Shown: one piece after another, positions 45,407 to 47,277 of the stretch
How positions within the stretch are numbered: the stretch's first letter is position 1
Layout: the number at the start of each line of letters is the position of its first letter
DNA from: an uncultured Bacilli bacterium
GTDB lineage: Bacteria > Bacillota_I > Bacilli_A > RF39 > UBA660
Direction of reading: 5' to 3'
Assembly: GCA_947623815.1 (NCBI GenBank)
Contig: CANQHO010000002.1
Coordinates: 1-47,277 of the forward strand
DNA length: 47,277 nt
Program-made: the position numbers and the translations under genes
The notes under the pieces: generated by a model
The model's input: the letters and a program-made list of their open reading frames with translations, nothing else
The model's database searches: none
What the model was told of the DNA's origin: nothing

Positions 45407-47128
45407 TCAATTTTCTTTCGCATACAATTTCAATAATTTATCATAAATACCAAACTCTATCCTATTCAAAGAGTTTATCGATACTTCAAGTGATTTCTGA
45501 TAATCCCCTTGATGAAATAATTTTTCCGCATAAGTTAAATACTTATCTAAATCTTCCACACTAGAACGATACCTATTGCCATATACAATAGCCATTTCCG
45601 CAAACATAGCCGTTTTAAGCATTTCTCTAGTTGTGTTATATAATTTTAAAACTAAATCTCTAGCCGTATCAACTCTTGTATTTAATATATCTATTGTAAT
45701 AGGTTTTTTATTCAATTCTTTAATAATTTCTTTAATTGCCGCCCTAGCATCTTTTAACTCAATATAATAATTGTTGGGAATAACTGGTAAATCATATTCT
45801 CTAATTTTAGCCCTTGACTCTTTTAAAATAGTCTTTACTTCTTCAAGTTGTTGTCTGGCTCTTACTTCATCTTCCTTCATACTACCGATTGAATCTAATA
45901 TAACATCGACTCTTTCATCAAGTTTAGAAAGTTTCAAAGTAAGTTGATCAACTTCTTTGGTCAATTTAGAAAAAGCAAAAGTATTGTTTCCGGTATGATC
46001 AATCAAAATTTTGTAATCTTCATACAACTGTTTTAATTCATCACCAACAGTATATAATTCATCTATATCTTTTTCGGACAAATTGTAAAGTCTGCGTATT
46101 TCATCTATCTGTTTAAATATTTGTCTTAAAAGTGTACTCATTTTTTCATATTTTTGTCTGAATACTTTATTACTTTCTTCGTATCTTCTTTTACCAATTT
46201 TTTCTTTATCAAGATCAGTTAACAATCCATCGAAATAGTCAACTAATACTTTTAATTCCAATAAACTATCCGTCAAGTTTAACTGTTTACTTTTTTCTAA
46301 AATATCATTTATTTTTTGTTTGGCTTCCCCAATATTGTAATCGATATTTAAATAATCAAGTGGATATCCTTTTTCTTTCATTATTTGATATTCTTCTTCC
46401 ACTTCTTCAATTTTCTTAGGTAAAACTTGATTGGCTAATAACAATATATTGGGCATTTCTTCAATAACATTGTTCATATGTTTTAAAACATCGTCAATAT
46501 TTTTAACCACATCAGAAACTTCCGTATATTCATTTTGTTCCATCATATTTTCAAACGTTTCAAATCGATTGGCAATGCTTTTAAACTGCAATTCAATTAT
46601 ATCCGCCACCCCTTGATATTCACTTCTTGAATTATTAAATTTTTCATAAAGTTTTCGGTAAGTAGCCTTTAAAGAAGTTACAATCCCCCTATTTCTTTCT
46701 TCACTACCAGTTATCTCTTTTATTTCATTTAATAAAAACTCTGAATTAGTTCTAACTTTATATATTTCCATTTCTAGTTTAGCCATTTTATAAAGAGTAC
46801 TTTTGTAATCCATTTTGGACAATGAATGATCGGCTTCAAGCAACATATCAGTAATTTTAGGCACTTGTTCCGTTCTAATATCATTCAATCTTTTCGACCA
46901 ATTATCGTACATTGCTTCCAATTTTTCATTGCGGGAAATATTTTCCACCTTAGATAATTCCGGAATAACGGGTGAACTATCCAAAATATTTTTTTCTATT
47001 TCTAATTCATCTAATCTTTTTTTATATTTTTTTAATTTTTTACTTTGTATTATATTTAAAACTACAACAACAGTAACAACCGCTGCCATAAAAAGTAATC
47101 CTACTATTAAAATAACCTGTCCGGTCAT
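45407..47128 (-). CDS. ezrA: Septation ring formation regulator EzrA
   Basis: N-terminal TM helix, about 570 aa of coiled coil, and a conserved C-terminal YGNRYR patch. Confidence 0.85.
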   Translation of the reverse strand: MTGQVILIVGLLFMAAVVTVVVVLNIIQSKKLKKYKKRLDELEIEKNILDSSPVIPELSKVENISRNEKLEAMYDNWSKRLNDIRTEQVPKITDMLLEADHSLSKMDYKSTLYKMAKLEMEIYKVRTNSEFLLNEIKEITGSEERNRGIVTSLKATYRKLYEKFNNSRSEYQGVADIIELQFKSIANRFETFENMMEQNEYTEVSDVVKNIDDVLKHMNNVIEEMPNILLLANQVLPKKIEEVEEEYQIMKEKGYPLDYLNIDYNIGEAKQKINDILEKSKQLNLTDSLLELKVLVDYFDGLLTDLDKEKIGKRRYEESNKVFRQKYEKMSTLLRQIFKQIDEIRRLYNLSEKDIDELYTVGDELKQLYEDYKILIDHTGNNTFAFSKLTKEVDQLTLKLSKLDERVDVILDSIGSMKEDEVRARQQLEEVKTILKESRAKIREYDLPVIPNNYYIELKDARAAIKEIIKELNKKPITIDILNTRVDTARDLVLKLYNTTREMLKTAMFAEMAIVYGNRYRSSVEDLDKYLTYAEKLFHQGDYQKSLEVSINSLNRIEFGIYDKLLKLYAKEN

Positions 47129-47277
47129 ACTATCACCTATTATTATTGTAACACATAATTAAACATTTTTTGACAAAAAATAAAAAAAAGAAGTTTTTTT
47201 GGTAAAATTTCAAGGTAAATGCAACCCATAAAAGTCAGACTAAATGCGACTAAGTAAAGGATGCAGAAAATAAAAAG

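Noticed and set aside
47129-47277. A possible RNA gene or regulatory element upstream of ezrA
   Set aside because: No tRNA-like cloverleaf, riboswitch-like conserved core or convincing hairpin could be found by eye, and the region is truncated by the window edge.

Overview
AT-rich Bacillota-type chromosomal segment using the standard code (TGA is a stop, e.g. at the end of def). The backbone is housekeeping: def, the infC-rpmI-rplT operon with an L20-leader-like attenuator, efp, rpmG, a class B PBP, nfo, scpA/scpB, ezrA, three tandem VanY-like M15B peptidases, a GH25 muramidase and an HD nucleotidase. The accessory content is concentrated at 0.8-24.6 kb. (1) A 1456-aa protein with a prepilin-type N-terminus, internal repeats and a duplicated C-terminal module sits next to a divergent pair of XRE regulators. 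(2) A PBP5/DacF-type D,D-carboxypeptidase gene on the minus strand is cut into three pieces by two independent serine-recombinase elements. Both junctions can be read to the base, and removing both elements restores one 380-codon frame. The small element is about 1.85 kb, with a 12-bp direct repeat and dyad-symmetric ends. The large one is 16,137 bp. (3) The large element carries no phage or conjugation genes. It carries a LysR regulator and a translationally coupled 10-gene operon: PHP phosphoesterase, nucleoside 2-deoxyribosyltransferase-fold protein, two radical SAM enzymes, a glycosyltransferase, two DegT-type aminotransferases, two FemAB/GNAT-like transferases and a methyltransferase. An ABC-F ATPase and an APH(3')-like kinase follow. 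I read this as an undescribed amino-sugar or peptidyl-nucleoside-type antibiotic pathway with self-resistance, carried on a mobile island. This is inference from enzyme classes only. Function calls rest on motifs read by eye. No database search, alignment statistics or composition calculation was possible.
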